Shown one piece after another: positions 29,101 to 39,810 of a stretch of 64,000 nt of DNA. The number at the start of each line of letters is the position of its first letter. The stretch's first letter is position 1. Location: NCBI GenBank assembly GCA_965209055.1, contig OZ242374.1, forward strand, positions 1,696,001-1,760,000, written 5' to 3'. The stretch comes from Acidobacteriota bacterium. GTDB taxonomy: Bacteria > Acidobacteriota > UBA6911 > RPQK01 > JAJDTT01. Below the pieces are notes generated by a model. It saw only the letters and a list, made by a program, of their open reading frames with translations. It had not been told where the DNA came from and did no database searches. The position numbers were made by a program, and so were the translations under genes.

Positions 29101-29216
29101 CCGGGTGTTCGATACGCTCATTCAGAATCTGGGGCAGTTGATAGTCGGCCGCTTCGAACTTCCGTCCCAAGAGGCGTGCCACTGCCGCGTCTTTCCTCTC
29201 GCGGGTCACTGCGTGA
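29101..29216 (+). repeat. Right copy of the island direct repeat (degenerate 3' end of the 17089-17595 gene)
   Basis: Encodes FDTLIQNLGQL..GRFELP versus FDTMIQNLGQL..GRFELP. Confidence 0.85.
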
Positions 29217-29237
29217 TCCTACTGTCGAGGCCGCTCC

Positions 29238-29903
29238 TCACGGGACGCGCCCCGCTACTACCATGTGCCGGTCACCCACGATCCGCACTACCAATTGCGC
29301 CAAGCCCGCTTCCCGTAGCTGATCCGATATTTCATCGGCACGATAGGCGGCCAACAGGGAATGGTAGAAGTCCCGCTGGAGGATCTCCGGTTCGTCTTCG
29401 CAATAGGTTCGAACCAGCTCTCGCGCCCGTCGGCGGCTATTAGGCCGGAGAAGGTCCATGACGAAGACTCCGCTGCCGGAGCGGGACAGCCGGTGGACTT
29501 CCCGCCACAGGATCATCGGGTCGGGCAGATGGTGGAGCAGGCTGTTGCTGACGATGGTGTCGTAGGCGGGCCGGGGGAGGGTGACTCCCGGCAGATATCC
29601 CGAATGGAGTTGTACCCTGTCCTCCACGCCGGCCTCCCGGATGGCTTGCCGGCCGTAGTCGAGCATGGCCTGGGCGGCGTCTACGCCGTGGACTCTACAG
29701 TCCGGGTAAGCATTGGCGACGCGAATGCTGATATCGGCGGACCCACAGCCCAGGTCAGCCACACAGGGTCCGACTTCCAGAACCGGGAACGTGTCCTGCA
29801 TGAGACTCAGGAATCGGCTGTGCGGTTCCTCGAAGTCGGCGTGGGCGTAGGCTCGGGCCTGTTCCTGACCCTCCATCAACTCCGGCTCGGGGACTCGTTT
29901 CAT
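29238..29903 (-). CDS. Class I SAM-dependent methyltransferase
   Basis: ADLGCGSA, SNSLLHH. Confidence 0.85.
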   Translation of the reverse strand: MKRVPEPELMEGQEQARAYAHADFEEPHSRFLSLMQDTFPVLEVGPCVADLGCGSADISIRVANAYPDCRVHGVDAAQAMLDYGRQAIREAGVEDRVQLHSGYLPGVTLPRPAYDTIVSNSLLHHLPDPMILWREVHRLSRSGSGVFVMDLLRPNSRRRARELVRTYCEDEPEILQRDFYHSLLAAYRADEISDQLREAGLAQLVVRIVGDRHMVVAGRVP

Positions 29904-30409
29904 GTTCTACAAGTGCTCCGGTCTCGTAATCTGTCCAAGGTGAGAAAGGTATAGTGGTTGGGGTCCGTTTTTTCCGGTTCATGGACTTCCATCCGGCGGA
30001 CCTCCCAGTGCGACTCGTCATAGCGGGGGAAGTAGGTATCCCCTTCGAAATCGTCAGGAAGCAGGGTCAGGTACATGCGGTCGGCCAGGTTCAAGGTCTG
30101 GCGGTAGACTCCGGCGCCGCCTCCGACGAAGACCTCGTTGTCACCTTGAGCGAAGCGGAGGGCATCTTCCAGGGAGGCCGCCACCTGGACCCCCGCGGGC
30201 GCATAGGAGCGCCGTCCGGTGAGTACGATGGAGATTCGGCCCGGCAACGGCCGGCCGATGGACTCGAAGGTCTTTCTCCCCATGATCAGATGGTGGCCCA
30301 TGGTGAGCCGCTTGAATCTCCGCCAATCGGCCGGGAGCCGCCACGGCAACCGGTTGTCGCGGCCGATGACGCGGTTCCGGGCCATGGCCGCGATGATGGA
30401 CAGCCTCAT
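29900..30409 (-). CDS. folA: Dihydrofolate reductase
   Basis: [11 protein letters not shown]...LPW.LPAD...[16 protein letters not shown]. Confidence 0.95.
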   Translation of the reverse strand: MRLSIIAAMARNRVIGRDNRLPWRLPADWRRFKRLTMGHHLIMGRKTFESIGRPLPGRISIVLTGRRSYAPAGVQVAASLEDALRFAQGDNEVFVGGGAGVYRQTLNLADRMYLTLLPDDFEGDTYFPRYDESHWEVRRMEVHEPEKTDPNHYTFLTLDRLRDRSTCRT

Positions 30410-31200
30410 ACCGATATGGGTGCCCTGATGTGGGGATGGGGATCGTAGGCTTCCAGCACGAAGTGTTCGTACCGGAAGTCGAATATCGAAGTGATTCGGG
30501 GATTCAGGAGAATGCGGGGCAATGGCCGGGGCCGGCGGGAGAGCTGCAGGCGCGCCTGATCCAGGTGATTCAGATAAAGGTGCGCATCCCCGAAGGTATG
30601 GATGAACTCTCCCGGTTCCAGTCCGCAGACCTGGGCCATCATCCGGGTCAGCAGGGCGTAGCTGGCCAGGTTGAAAGGGACGCCCAGAAAGACGTCGGCG
30701 CTCCGCTGGTAGAGCTGGCAGGAGAGGCGCCCCTCGGCCACGTAGAACTGGAACAACGTGTGGCACGGCGGAAGCTTCATCCGGTCCACGTCAGCGACGT
30801 TCCACGCGCTCACGATATGGCGGCGCGAATCGGGATTCGTGCGGATGGCCTCGATGACGCCGGAGATCTGGTCGATGCGGCGGCCGCTTGGAGTCGGCCA
30901 GGAGCGCCACTGGTAGCCGTAAATCGGGCCCAGATCGCCGTCCCGGTCGGCCCACTCGTCCCAGATGCTCACCTTGTTTTCGTTCAGGTAGGCGATGTTG
31001 GTGTCTCCCGCCAGAAACCAGAGGAGCTCATGGATCACCGACCGGAGATGCAGTTTCTTGGTCGTCAGCAGCGGGAAGCCTTGGGACAGGTCGACGCGCA
31101 TCTGATACCCGAAAACGCTCCGGGTTCCGGTCCCGGTGCGGTCGCTCTTTTCGACCCCTTCCTCGAGAATGTGGCGGAGCAGATCCAGGTAAGCTTGCAT
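30406..31200 (-). CDS. thyA: Thymidylate synthase
   Basis: [26 protein letters not shown]. Confidence 0.97.
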   Translation of the reverse strand: MQAYLDLLRHILEEGVEKSDRTGTGTRSVFGYQMRVDLSQGFPLLTTKKLHLRSVIHELLWFLAGDTNIAYLNENKVSIWDEWADRDGDLGPIYGYQWRSWPTPSGRRIDQISGVIEAIRTNPDSRRHIVSAWNVADVDRMKLPPCHTLFQFYVAEGRLSCQLYQRSADVFLGVPFNLASYALLTRMMAQVCGLEPGEFIHTFGDAHLYLNHLDQARLQLSRRPRPLPRILLNPRITSIFDFRYEHFVLEAYDPHPHIRAPISV

Positions 31201-31408
31201 GGGCCCGACGGTTCCTGAGCGATTCAATCGCATTGTAGTAAACCGGAGCGACGATCCGCACGCGGCTGGCCCCCAGAAGCTTCGTTGCTGGATTCCCACT
31301 CTTCCCCTGTGTTGCCTGGTTTGAGCCGCCGCATATAGAATCGGTCCGCTCGCCGGTTGAACCGCCATGGTTTCCGGGGGTTCGGGCCGACGGAGAAGGA
31401 ACGCAGGC

Positions 31409-32341
31409 ATGCAACTCCATCCCTTTGGTAACACTGGATTTATGGTTTCTCCCCTTGGTTTCGGAGGGGCTCCGGTCGGCTACTTGGGAGAGGACCTCCA
31501 GGACGTTTCCCGCCTCCTCAACACTCTGCTGGACGAAGGGGTGAACCTCATCGATACCGCCGCCTGCTACCCGGGTTCGGAAAAACTCGTCGGCGCGGCG
31601 GTGAGTCACCGGCGCGGGGATTATGTCCTGGTCACGAAGTGCGGCCATGAAGTTGGGGGGGCCCGCGGACGCGAGTGGTCGGCCCGGCTCGTGACCAACA
31701 CGGTGGACCGGGCTCTGCGGCGCCTCCGCACGGACACCATCGACGTGATGCTGCTTCACTCCTGTCCCCTGCCGGTGCTTCAAAGGGGAGACGCGCTGGC
31801 TGCCCTGGTGCGGGCCCGGGACCAGGGAAAGATCCGCTTCGTGGGCTACTCGGGAGACAATGAAGCCGCCGCCTACGCCGCCGGCCTGTCCGACGTGGCG
31901 GTGGTCCAGACCTCCGTAAACATCTGCGACCAGTCCAATATCGATTCGGTGCTCCCCCGCACCCGGGAAGGGGGACAGGGAGTACTGGCGAAACGGCCGC
32001 TGGCCAACGCCGCATGGAAAAACGTGTCGGACCAGCGGGGCATCTACCAGAATTACGCCAGGTCCTATATGGCGCGTCTCCAGTCCATGGGCTTCACGCT
32101 GGACGATCTGGGGTTCGAGGGCGATCCGGCTCGGGTCTGGCCCGGCATCGCGTTGCGCTTCACGCTGTCTCAGCCGGGAGTTCATTGCGCCATCGCGGGC
32201 ACCACCAGCATTCATAACGCCAGGGCCAATATCCGGGCCGCCGGTGAGGGTCCGCTCGCCGACCCGGTCGTCAAGAAAATTCGCCGGGCCTTTCTCTCCG
32301 CACGGTCACGATCAGGCGAGGACTGGCCGGGATTGACCTGA
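31409..32341 (+). CDS. Aldo/keto reductase
   Basis: [33 protein letters not shown]. Confidence 0.85.
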   Translation: MQLHPFGNTGFMVSPLGFGGAPVGYLGEDLQDVSRLLNTLLDEGVNLIDTAACYPGSEKLVGAAVSHRRGDYVLVTKCGHEVGGARGREWSARLVTNTVDRALRRLRTDTIDVMLLHSCPLPVLQRGDALAALVRARDQGKIRFVGYSGDNEAAAYAAGLSDVAVVQTSVNICDQSNIDSVLPRTREGGQGVLAKRPLANAAWKNVSDQRGIYQNYARSYMARLQSMGFTLDDLGFEGDPARVWPGIALRFTLSQPGVHCAIAGTTSIHNARANIRAAGEGPLADPVVKKIRRAFLSARSRSGEDWPGLT

Positions 32342-32346
32342 ATCTC

Positions 32347-32925
32347 ATGACTCTCCACCCTGACGACTACGGACCGATTCTGTCGCCGCTGCTGGACCCG
32401 GAACGTCTTCCGGAACTGGGTCCGGGCCGGCCCGACCCCAGGATTCAGGGTCTGTTGGATGCGGTGACGCCGGATGGAGCCTTTGCCCATGCGAATCTCG
32501 TGGACCGGGAAATGGCCCGTGCCTGTCTGGCGGGCCTCTGGCTCCACCATGACCATCTGGACCGCTCCCACGCCGTCAGTCAGACGATTCACTCGGCCAC
32601 CGGAAGCTACTGGCATGGCATCATGCATCGGCGGGAGGGAGACTACCCCAACGCCAAGTACTGGTTTCGCCGGACCGGGGAGCATCCGGTCTTTCCGGAC
32701 CTGGCTCGGAGCGCCGGGCGGATGACGGCCGGTGGCGGGGCCGATGCCGAACGGCTGAGCTCCGGAGAGCGCTGGGACCCCTACGCCTTCGTGGATCTGT
32801 GCCGGGACTGTGTCTCAGGCCGTTCAGGAAGCACGGCGCTCTGCAGCCGGGTCCAGCGTCTGGAATGGGAACTCCTCTTCGACTTCTGTTACCGCCACGC
32901 CACGGGAATCAGGATCGACTCCTGA
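32347..32925 (+). CDS. Conserved hypothetical protein
   Basis: YWHGIMHRREGDYPNAKYW motif; operon position. Confidence 0.65.
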   Translation: MTLHPDDYGPILSPLLDPERLPELGPGRPDPRIQGLLDAVTPDGAFAHANLVDREMARACLAGLWLHHDHLDRSHAVSQTIHSATGSYWHGIMHRREGDYPNAKYWFRRTGEHPVFPDLARSAGRMTAGGGADAERLSSGERWDPYAFVDLCRDCVSGRSGSTALCSRVQRLEWELLFDFCYRHATGIRIDS

Positions 32926-32955
32926 GTCGTTGGAAGCGAACAGCGAGGAACTGAA

Positions 32956-33789
32956 ATGGTACGACTTCAGGACCAGGTTGCCGTCGTGACCGGAGGCGCC
33001 CAGGGTCTGGGAGGCGCCATCGCCCGCGGCTTGGCGGCGGAAGGAGCCTCGGTTCTGATCGCCGACATCGATCTGGACGAGGCTCACAGGAATGTCGAGC
33101 AGATTCAGGTAGCCGGCAATTCCGCGCTGGCGCTGCGGACCGACGTCAGCCGGAGAGAAGATCTGCAGGCGGCCGTGGAACGGGCGGTTCGGGAATGGGG
33201 AAGGCTGGACATCCTGGTCAACAACGCCTTTGACGTGTCCAGTGCCGGGACCGGAGGAGCCGTTCAGGTTTCGGAAGAGGACTGGGATGCCGGAATGAAC
33301 GTCATGGTCAAGGCCATCTACCGGGCGGTCAAGCTTGCGGTGCCCGAGATGATCAAGACCGGTGCCGGAAGCATCGTCAACATCTCTTCGGTCCATGGCC
33401 TGCTGACGGCTCCCGGGTTTCTGGTGTACGAGACGGCCAAAGCCGCGGTCATCGGCATGACCCGGCAGATGGCCTGTGAATTCGGCCCCGCAGGGATACG
33501 CGTCAACTCGATTCTGCCCGGTCACATGGTGACGGAGCGGCTCCAGCCCATGTGGGACGAGAACCCCTCCGGGCATGCCTACTTCCAGGATCAGTACCCC
33601 GTCGGCCGCTTGGGCACTCCGGAGGACATCGCCAATGGCGCGGTTTTCCTCTGCTCGGAGGAAGCCTCCTTCATCACCGGCCACGCTCTGGTCATCGACG
33701 GTGGTCTCTCCATCCAGCTTCAGGAGAATTTCGGAGTTCGCCAGGGCCGGTACATGGCGGAGCACCCGGAGACCCGGATCCCCGAATAG
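32956..33789 (+). CDS. SDR oxidoreductase
   Basis: TGGAQGLG, NNA, YETAK. Confidence 0.9.
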   Translation: MVRLQDQVAVVTGGAQGLGGAIARGLAAEGASVLIADIDLDEAHRNVEQIQVAGNSALALRTDVSRREDLQAAVERAVREWGRLDILVNNAFDVSSAGTGGAVQVSEEDWDAGMNVMVKAIYRAVKLAVPEMIKTGAGSIVNISSVHGLLTAPGFLVYETAKAAVIGMTRQMACEFGPAGIRVNSILPGHMVTERLQPMWDENPSGHAYFQDQYPVGRLGTPEDIANGAVFLCSEEASFITGHALVIDGGLSIQLQENFGVRQGRYMAEHPETRIPE

Positions 33790-33877
33790 GTTCACCCGCA
33801 TTGCGCCGAGCCGGAGAGCGGACCCGCTGCCGGATTTCCGCGCGGCATTCGCCACACGTGCGGGGTAGGATTCCGCC

Positions 33878-34810
33878 ATGAATCTGTGGCTTTTGGCTGG
33901 CGTCCTGGCCGTAACGGCTTCCTCGATCCAGGGTCAGGACCGAATCCGCGTCGGCGCCTGGAATATCGAGACCCTGGGATCGCCCGACAGCCGGGACTAT
34001 CTGCGCAAGTCTCCTTCCAACGGATACGGTGTGCCTCGGGAGCCGGCGGAGCTGGCGGAACAGATCGAGGTACTGCGGCTCGACGTGTTGGCTCTTTCGG
34101 AGATCGACGACACCGATGCACGTGAAGGCTCGATGACGAACCGGGTGCTGGATGAGGCGTTCCGGATCCTGAATCGGCGTGCCGGCAATGACTGGGATTA
34201 TCGGCTGTTTCCCAAACGGATCCGCCGATATAGCTCCCAACACACGGGTCTGGCCTGGAACCGGCAGCGAATTCGCGCCGTGGGCAGGCGTTTCCGGGTC
34301 CCTGTCGCCGACGTCACTCCACGCCGGTACTTCGAATGGGACCGGCATCCCCACGCCATGAAGTTCACCCGAGGAAACGGACGAACCGATTTCGTCGTGA
34401 TTCCCATTCACATGAAGGCGGGGAGGAATGATGCGGCTGTGAAGCAGCGGCGGAGCGAAGCGGAGGCGCTGGTCCGGGAGTTATCCGAGATCCAAGAACA
34501 TTTTCAGGATCGGGACATCATTCTCATCGGCGACTTCAATATGATTCGGCGCAGTGAACCGGCGGGCCGCGTTTATCGGAAAAAGGGAGGCCTGTTCGAT
34601 CTGAACTATTCGGATCGATCGACCCATATCGCCGATCTTCCCTTCGACCGGTGCTACATACCGAGGGCGCAGCGGGAGAACGAGTTCGCGGGTGTCACCC
34701 AGTTTCGGATCGTTGCACCGCCGGCGGGGGAGCGGAGGCGGTTCCGCCGGGAGTTTTCCGATCATTGGCCCATCGTTCTGGAGTTTGCGGAGTTGGCGGA
34801 CGACGATTGA
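33878..34810 (+). CDS. Exported endonuclease/exonuclease/phosphatase family protein
   Basis: WNIE, HMKAG, IGDFN, SDHWP. Confidence 0.8.
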   Translation: MNLWLLAGVLAVTASSIQGQDRIRVGAWNIETLGSPDSRDYLRKSPSNGYGVPREPAELAEQIEVLRLDVLALSEIDDTDAREGSMTNRVLDEAFRILNRRAGNDWDYRLFPKRIRRYSSQHTGLAWNRQRIRAVGRRFRVPVADVTPRRYFEWDRHPHAMKFTRGNGRTDFVVIPIHMKAGRNDAAVKQRRSEAEALVRELSEIQEHFQDRDIILIGDFNMIRRSEPAGRVYRKKGGLFDLNYSDRSTHIADLPFDRCYIPRAQRENEFAGVTQFRIVAPPAGERRRFRREFSDHWPIVLEFAELADDD

Positions 34811-34816
34811 GTCGCG

Positions 34817-34966
34817 GGAGGGGCAGGCGGTTTTCCTACCGCCCCGTGTTTGCTTGCCTAATTGGATGGGGAAAGCGTAGAGGGGGGACTGCCGTCCCCC
34901 CTACCCCCCCCAAGAGGGCGACTAAAAGTCGCCCCTCCCATCGGCGGTAGGAAAACCGCCGCTCCA
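34817..34966. repeat. Cluster of REP-like palindromes
   Basis: GGCGGTTTTCCTACCGCC (34826-34843) and its inverted copy (34943-34960); hairpins preceded by GTAG/GGAG. Confidence 0.6.
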
Positions 34967-35015
34967 GGCTTTCACCCTCGACTGCTAACCTCTAATCTGT
35001 TTTTCGGAGTCGATT

Positions 35016-35861
35016 TTGTCTGGAGGCCAAAATCGTTTGCCCCTGCGGGTTTCGTTCATCGAGTTCCTCAACGCGGTGCCGCTGGGATGGGGATTCCTGG
35101 AGGGCCGCCACGCCGGGATCCTGGATGTCGCCTTCGACGTCCCTTCCGAGTGCGCCCGCCGGCTGGCCGCCGGCGAGGCGGACGTGGCGCTGATCCCGGT
35201 CATCGAGTGCTGCCGGATCCCGGGGTTGAGAGTCCTTCCCGATATCTGCATCGCTTCCCGGCAGGAGGTCAAAAGCGTCTTTTTCGTAAGCAAGCTGCCC
35301 ATATCCCGAGTCTCCCGCCTGGCCCTGGACCGGTCCAGTCGCACTTCCGTCGCGCTTCTGAAGATCATTCTGGAACGGTTCCATGGCTGCGGACCCATCG
35401 AGTACGTGGTGGAGGATCCGGACCCTGAAAAAATGTTGGAGCGTTACGATGGAGCCCTGGTCATCGGAAACGCCGCCTTGCGGGTCTCCGGCAGTTCTCA
35501 CCGCGTTTACGATCTGGCCGCCGAGTGGTTCCGGTTCACGGGTCTTCCCTTCGTGTTCGCCGTCTGGGCGGTGCGTCCCGAGGTGACGCTGGGGAACCGG
35601 CTTCGCCTCTTTTACGAATCCCGGGAGCGGGGACTGCGGTCGATGGAGGACATTTCCCGGCGACACGCCGGGAGGCTGGGCCTGGAGGTGGCGGAGATGC
35701 GAAAATACCTGCTCAATCTCAACTACGTCCTGGATGGCAGCAGCCGTCGCGGCCTGGCAACCTTTCTCGATCTGGCCCGCGAAATGGGACTGATTCCGCC
35801 GGCAGCGAAGCTGGAATACTATCCCCTCCCAGACTCGCTCCAAGCCGCAATCAAAGGTTGA
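35016..35861 (+). CDS. mqnA: Chorismate dehydratase (futalosine menaquinone pathway)
   Basis: FLNAVPL, VKSV, SRTSVALL, IGNAAL, TGLPFVFAVW. Confidence 0.8.
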   Translation: MSGGQNRLPLRVSFIEFLNAVPLGWGFLEGRHAGILDVAFDVPSECARRLAAGEADVALIPVIECCRIPGLRVLPDICIASRQEVKSVFFVSKLPISRVSRLALDRSSRTSVALLKIILERFHGCGPIEYVVEDPDPEKMLERYDGALVIGNAALRVSGSSHRVYDLAAEWFRFTGLPFVFAVWAVRPEVTLGNRLRLFYESRERGLRSMEDISRRHAGRLGLEVAEMRKYLLNLNYVLDGSSRRGLATFLDLAREMGLIPPAAKLEYYPLPDSLQAAIKG

Positions 35862-37030
35862 TGCGGGTTCGAACGGGTCTTGACCACTTTCTGGAACAAC
35901 GCCTGGACCTGGTGGCCGGCAAGCGGGTCACCGTCGTCGCCCACGCCGCCTCGGTGGACTCCCGCCTCCGCAACATCGTCGACCTCTTCCGGCATCATCC
36001 CGGGATCGACCTGGTTTCGGTCATGGGCCCGCAGCACGGAATCTACGGCGAGACCCAGGACAACATGGTGGAGTGGGAGGGTTACCGGGATCCGGACTCG
36101 AATCTGCCCTTTCGCAGCCTGTATGGAGAGACCCGGCGGCCCACCCGGTCCATGTTGTCGGAAACCGACATCCTGGTGTTCGACCTGCAGGACGTGGGAG
36201 CCCGCTACTACACGTTCATCCACACCCTGGCCCTGGTCCTGGAGGCGGCGGGAGAGTCCGGAAAGGAGGTCGTGGTCCTGGACCGTCCCAATCCCATCGG
36301 CGGCGTCCGATTGGAGGGTCCCGTGCTGGACCCGGCCTTCCGTTCCTTCGTGGGGTTGCATCCGCTGCCGATCCGGCATGGGATGACCGTGGGAGAGATC
36401 GCCGGCTACCTGAACTCGGAGTTCGAGTTGGGATGCCCGCTCCAGGTGGTCCCCATGCAGGGTTGGAATCGGGAGATGTATTTCGAGGAGACGGGCCTGC
36501 CCTGGGTCATGCCCTCTCCCAACATGCCCACGGTGGAGACGGCCCTGGTCTATCCGGGCCTCTGCCTGCTGGAAGGGACCAACGTCTCGGAGGGGAGGGG
36601 GACCACGAGACCCTTCGAGTTGTCGGGAGCTCCCTGGATCCGGGCTCCGGCACTGGCCGCGGAACTGGAATCGGCCCGGCTTCCGGGAGCCCGCTTCCGG
36701 CCCCTCTATTTCATTCCCACCTTTCACAAATGGGCCGGCGAGCGGGTGGGGGGAATCCAGATCCACGTCACCGACAGAGCCCGGTTCCAACCCTTTCTGA
36801 CCGGACTGGTTCTGGTGCATCTGTATCGGGAGTTGAGCGGCGGAAGATTCGAGTGGAAACCGCCGCCCTACGAATACGAGACGGAGAAGCTCCCCTTCGA
36901 CATTCTTTGCGGTACGGACCGTCTCCGGCTCCAATTGGAAGACGGAACGGCGCCCCGGGATGCGGCCCGGGAATGGCAGTCCCAACTCGAGGTTTTCGAC
37001 CAAGTGCGGCGGCGGTATCTGCTCTACTGA
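35861..37030 (+). CDS. Exo-beta-N-acetylmuramidase NamZ (DUF1343) family
   Basis: PQHG, FDLQDVGARYYT, LDRPNPIGG, PSPNMPT, SEGRGTTRPFE. Confidence 0.85.
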   Translation: MRVRTGLDHFLEQRLDLVAGKRVTVVAHAASVDSRLRNIVDLFRHHPGIDLVSVMGPQHGIYGETQDNMVEWEGYRDPDSNLPFRSLYGETRRPTRSMLSETDILVFDLQDVGARYYTFIHTLALVLEAAGESGKEVVVLDRPNPIGGVRLEGPVLDPAFRSFVGLHPLPIRHGMTVGEIAGYLNSEFELGCPLQVVPMQGWNREMYFEETGLPWVMPSPNMPTVETALVYPGLCLLEGTNVSEGRGTTRPFELSGAPWIRAPALAAELESARLPGARFRPLYFIPTFHKWAGERVGGIQIHVTDRARFQPFLTGLVLVHLYRELSGGRFEWKPPPYEYETEKLPFDILCGTDRLRLQLEDGTAPRDAAREWQSQLEVFDQVRRRYLLY

Positions 37031-37055
37031 CTTCTCGGGAGAAGAGAATCGACGA

Positions 37056-37769
37056 ATGCCGGAGGAGAGCCGCTTGGAGATCGAGGCCAAGGTTCCTCTC
37101 GAAGTGGAGGACCTGGATGGCGTGCGCTCCAGGCTGCGGGAGATCGGGGCTCGCCTCGGCACACCCCGCCTCCGTGAAGAGAACACCCTGTTCGACTTTG
37201 CCGATGGAAGACTGGAAAAGGCCGATTCCGCCCTCCGGGTCCGGACCTTCGGCCGGGCGTGCCTGCTGACCTACAAGGGAAGGTCGCGGGAGCACGCCTT
37301 CCTGAAGTTGCGGGAAGAGATCGAGACCCGCGTGGAGGACCCCGACGCCCTGATCAGGCTGCTGGAGCTTCTGGGGCTTCGAAAGGCCTTTCACTACTGG
37401 AAGTATCGCGAGATCTACAGCCTGGAATTTCCATTGGGGACAGTCACTGTCACGCCGGACGAGGCGCCCGCCCTATTGGGGACAGTCCCTTTGGAGACGC
37501 CATTGGAGACGGACATGGGCGCGGACATGGGGACAGTCCCTTTGGCGACAGACACCGTCGTGGGGACGGACATGGGGACAGTCCCGTTGGGGACAGTCAC
37601 CGTCGCGCTGGATGAGACGCCCATCGGCTTCTTCGCCGAGGTCGAAGGCCCGGAGGAATCGATTCGGGCGGTGGTGGAGCTCATGGGTTGGGACCCGGCG
37701 TCATTCATTCGTGAGAGTTACCCCAAGTTGTATCGGGAGCACGGCCTCGGGGCCCCGGAAACAGAATGA
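37056..37769 (+). CDS. CYTH-family (class IV adenylate cyclase-like) protein with 51-aa repeat insertion
   Basis: EIEAK, ENTLFD, LRVR, REEIE, KYRE, LDETPIGFFAEVEG. Confidence 0.8.
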   Translation: MPEESRLEIEAKVPLEVEDLDGVRSRLREIGARLGTPRLREENTLFDFADGRLEKADSALRVRTFGRACLLTYKGRSREHAFLKLREEIETRVEDPDALIRLLELLGLRKAFHYWKYREIYSLEFPLGTVTVTPDEAPALLGTVPLETPLETDMGADMGTVPLATDTVVGTDMGTVPLGTVTVALDETPIGFFAEVEGPEESIRAVVELMGWDPASFIRESYPKLYREHGLGAPETE

Positions 37770-38776
37770 AGGCAATGATTCTCGCGGCCGGGCTGGGCAG
37801 CCGCCTGCGTCCGCTGACCTGGCTCCGGGCCAAGCCGGCCGTTCCCCTCTTGAACCGTCCCCTGATCCGCCATGCCTTCGACCTGCTGGATTCCCTGCGG
37901 ATCGGGGAGGTGGTGGTGAACCTGCATCACCTGGGCCGATCGGTGACCGGGGCGTTGGAGGGGGTGACGCCGAAGGTGCGCTATTCACCGGAAACGGAAA
38001 TCCTGGGCACGGCCGGAGCCGTGGGGCGGGTCCGGGATTTCTGGGGGACGGAGCCCTTCGTGGTCTGCAACGGGAAGATCTATTTCGAACAGGATCTGGG
38101 TCCGGTTCTGGCCACCCACTGCCGGAGCGGCGCGCTGGCGACCCTGGTCCTGGTGCCGCGGAAACCGGAAGATCCCTTCCGGCCCGTCTTCCTGGCCGGA
38201 GACGGGCGGATTCGAGCCTTCGGACAGGATCTGCCGGGACGGGCGGACGGGCCCGGCTACGTGTTCACCGGCGTCCAGATCCTCTCCGCCGCCGTTCTGG
38301 ACCTGATTCCGGAGGGCCCCTCGGACCTGGTCAAGCAGATCTACGAACCGTTGGTGGCCCGGCGCGGACCCGTCATGGGATTTGTCAGCCGGGCTCACTG
38401 GTTCGAGTGCAGCACCCCCGAGCGGTACCTGGAAAAGTCGATGGGACTGCTTGCCCGAAGGGGTCTGAACCAGCTCCCGGAGCATTCCGGAGGGAAGAAT
38501 TGCCGGAGCGTGGTTCTGGGGAGCGGCGTCCGGGTCCCGGAGGGAACCGCTCTTGAGCGCTGCGTGATCTGGGACGGCGCCCGCCTGGGCTCCCGTTGCC
38601 GGCTGCGGGACTCGATCGTCGCCGGCGAGGTGGAGATTCCCGCGGGGACCCGGCTGTCCAACGTCGTGGTGACACCCCCCTTCCCGGCGCCGCTTCGGCC
38701 CACCGGCGAGACCCATCCGGACTACTGGACCTGGCCGCTGGAAGGACCCTGGCCGGGCAAGGAGTCGGTTCCGTAG
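37766..38776 (+). CDS. Sugar-phosphate nucleotidyltransferase (MurU-like)
   Basis: MKAMILAAGLGSRLRPLT...KP; adjacent to an AmgK-like kinase. Confidence 0.75.
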   Translation: MKAMILAAGLGSRLRPLTWLRAKPAVPLLNRPLIRHAFDLLDSLRIGEVVVNLHHLGRSVTGALEGVTPKVRYSPETEILGTAGAVGRVRDFWGTEPFVVCNGKIYFEQDLGPVLATHCRSGALATLVLVPRKPEDPFRPVFLAGDGRIRAFGQDLPGRADGPGYVFTGVQILSAAVLDLIPEGPSDLVKQIYEPLVARRGPVMGFVSRAHWFECSTPERYLEKSMGLLARRGLNQLPEHSGGKNCRSVVLGSGVRVPEGTALERCVIWDGARLGSRCRLRDSIVAGEVEIPAGTRLSNVVVTPPFPAPLRPTGETHPDYWTWPLEGPWPGKESVP

Positions 38777-38811
38777 AGGGCCACCCCGCTGCGGTAGAGT
38801 GAGCCTGAGCC

Positions 38812-39810
38812 ATGCACTTGGACGAGGGGGTTCAGCAGTTTCTGGAAAAGGAGCTTCCGGGCGCCGGAGCCTGGGGAATCCGGAAGCTGAAGGGAGACGC
38901 TTCCACCCGCGAATACTTCAGGTGCAGGGTCCCGGACTCGGAGACCGCCATCCTGACCCTGTACCCGGAACCTTTCGACCCGGCTGAGTCGACCTACCTT
39001 CAGGTCTATCGGATGCTCCGCCGCATCGGTCTGCCGATCCCGCGGATCCACGCCGTCGACGGAGACCTGGGCGCGGTGCTGCAGGAAGACCTGGGCGACA
39101 TGACCCTGGAGCGGCGCCTTCGCGGGGCGGGAACCCGGGAGCGGAAACGGCTGCTGTGTCAGGCCGCCCGGCACCTGATCGTCCTCCAGCGGAAGGGGCC
39201 CCAGGCGGCGGATCCGGATTGGCCGGTTCTGCAACTGGCGTTCGATCTGGAGAAACTGACCTGGGAGCTCCAGTTCTTCCGGCGGCACTTCCTGGAGGGT
39301 TACTCCTCCGTCCGCGTCGAGCGGGAGAAGCTCGCGTCGGAGTGCCTGGCGCTCTGCGGCGAGCTCGCCGAGGCCGAGCGGTTCGTCTGCCACCGGGACT
39401 ACCAGGTCAGGAACCTGATGCTGAAGGAGGGACGGGTCTACATGATCGACTTCCAGGACGCCCGCCTCGGACCCCAGGCGTACGATCTGGTGTCTCTCCT
39501 GTTGGATTCCATCGCTCTGCCTCCCGGCGAGGTCGAGGAACTCGTGGACTTCTACCTGCAGGGAGGATCCCCGGCGGTGGACGCCGGACGGTTCCGGCGC
39601 CAGTTCCATCTCGCGGCCATTCAGAGACTTCTGAAGGCGTTGGGCACCTTCGGGTACCAGGCCGGCGCACTGGGGAGAGAGGCGTACGAAGCCTACATTC
39701 CGGGCACCCTGGAGCGGGTCGCCGCCGCCTTGAAGACGATTCCCGAGTTCCCCTATATTCATGCTCTGGTCGAGGCGCAGGTGGCTGCTGCAGGGCGGGA
39801 TTCATGCTGA
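38812..39810 (+). CDS. Phosphotransferase, AmgK-like
   Basis: [42 protein letters not shown]. Confidence 0.8.
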   Translation: MHLDEGVQQFLEKELPGAGAWGIRKLKGDASTREYFRCRVPDSETAILTLYPEPFDPAESTYLQVYRMLRRIGLPIPRIHAVDGDLGAVLQEDLGDMTLERRLRGAGTRERKRLLCQAARHLIVLQRKGPQAADPDWPVLQLAFDLEKLTWELQFFRRHFLEGYSSVRVEREKLASECLALCGELAEAERFVCHRDYQVRNLMLKEGRVYMIDFQDARLGPQAYDLVSLLLDSIALPPGEVEELVDFYLQGGSPAVDAGRFRRQFHLAAIQRLLKALGTFGYQAGALGREAYEAYIPGTLERVAAALKTIPEFPYIHALVEAQVAAAGRDSC

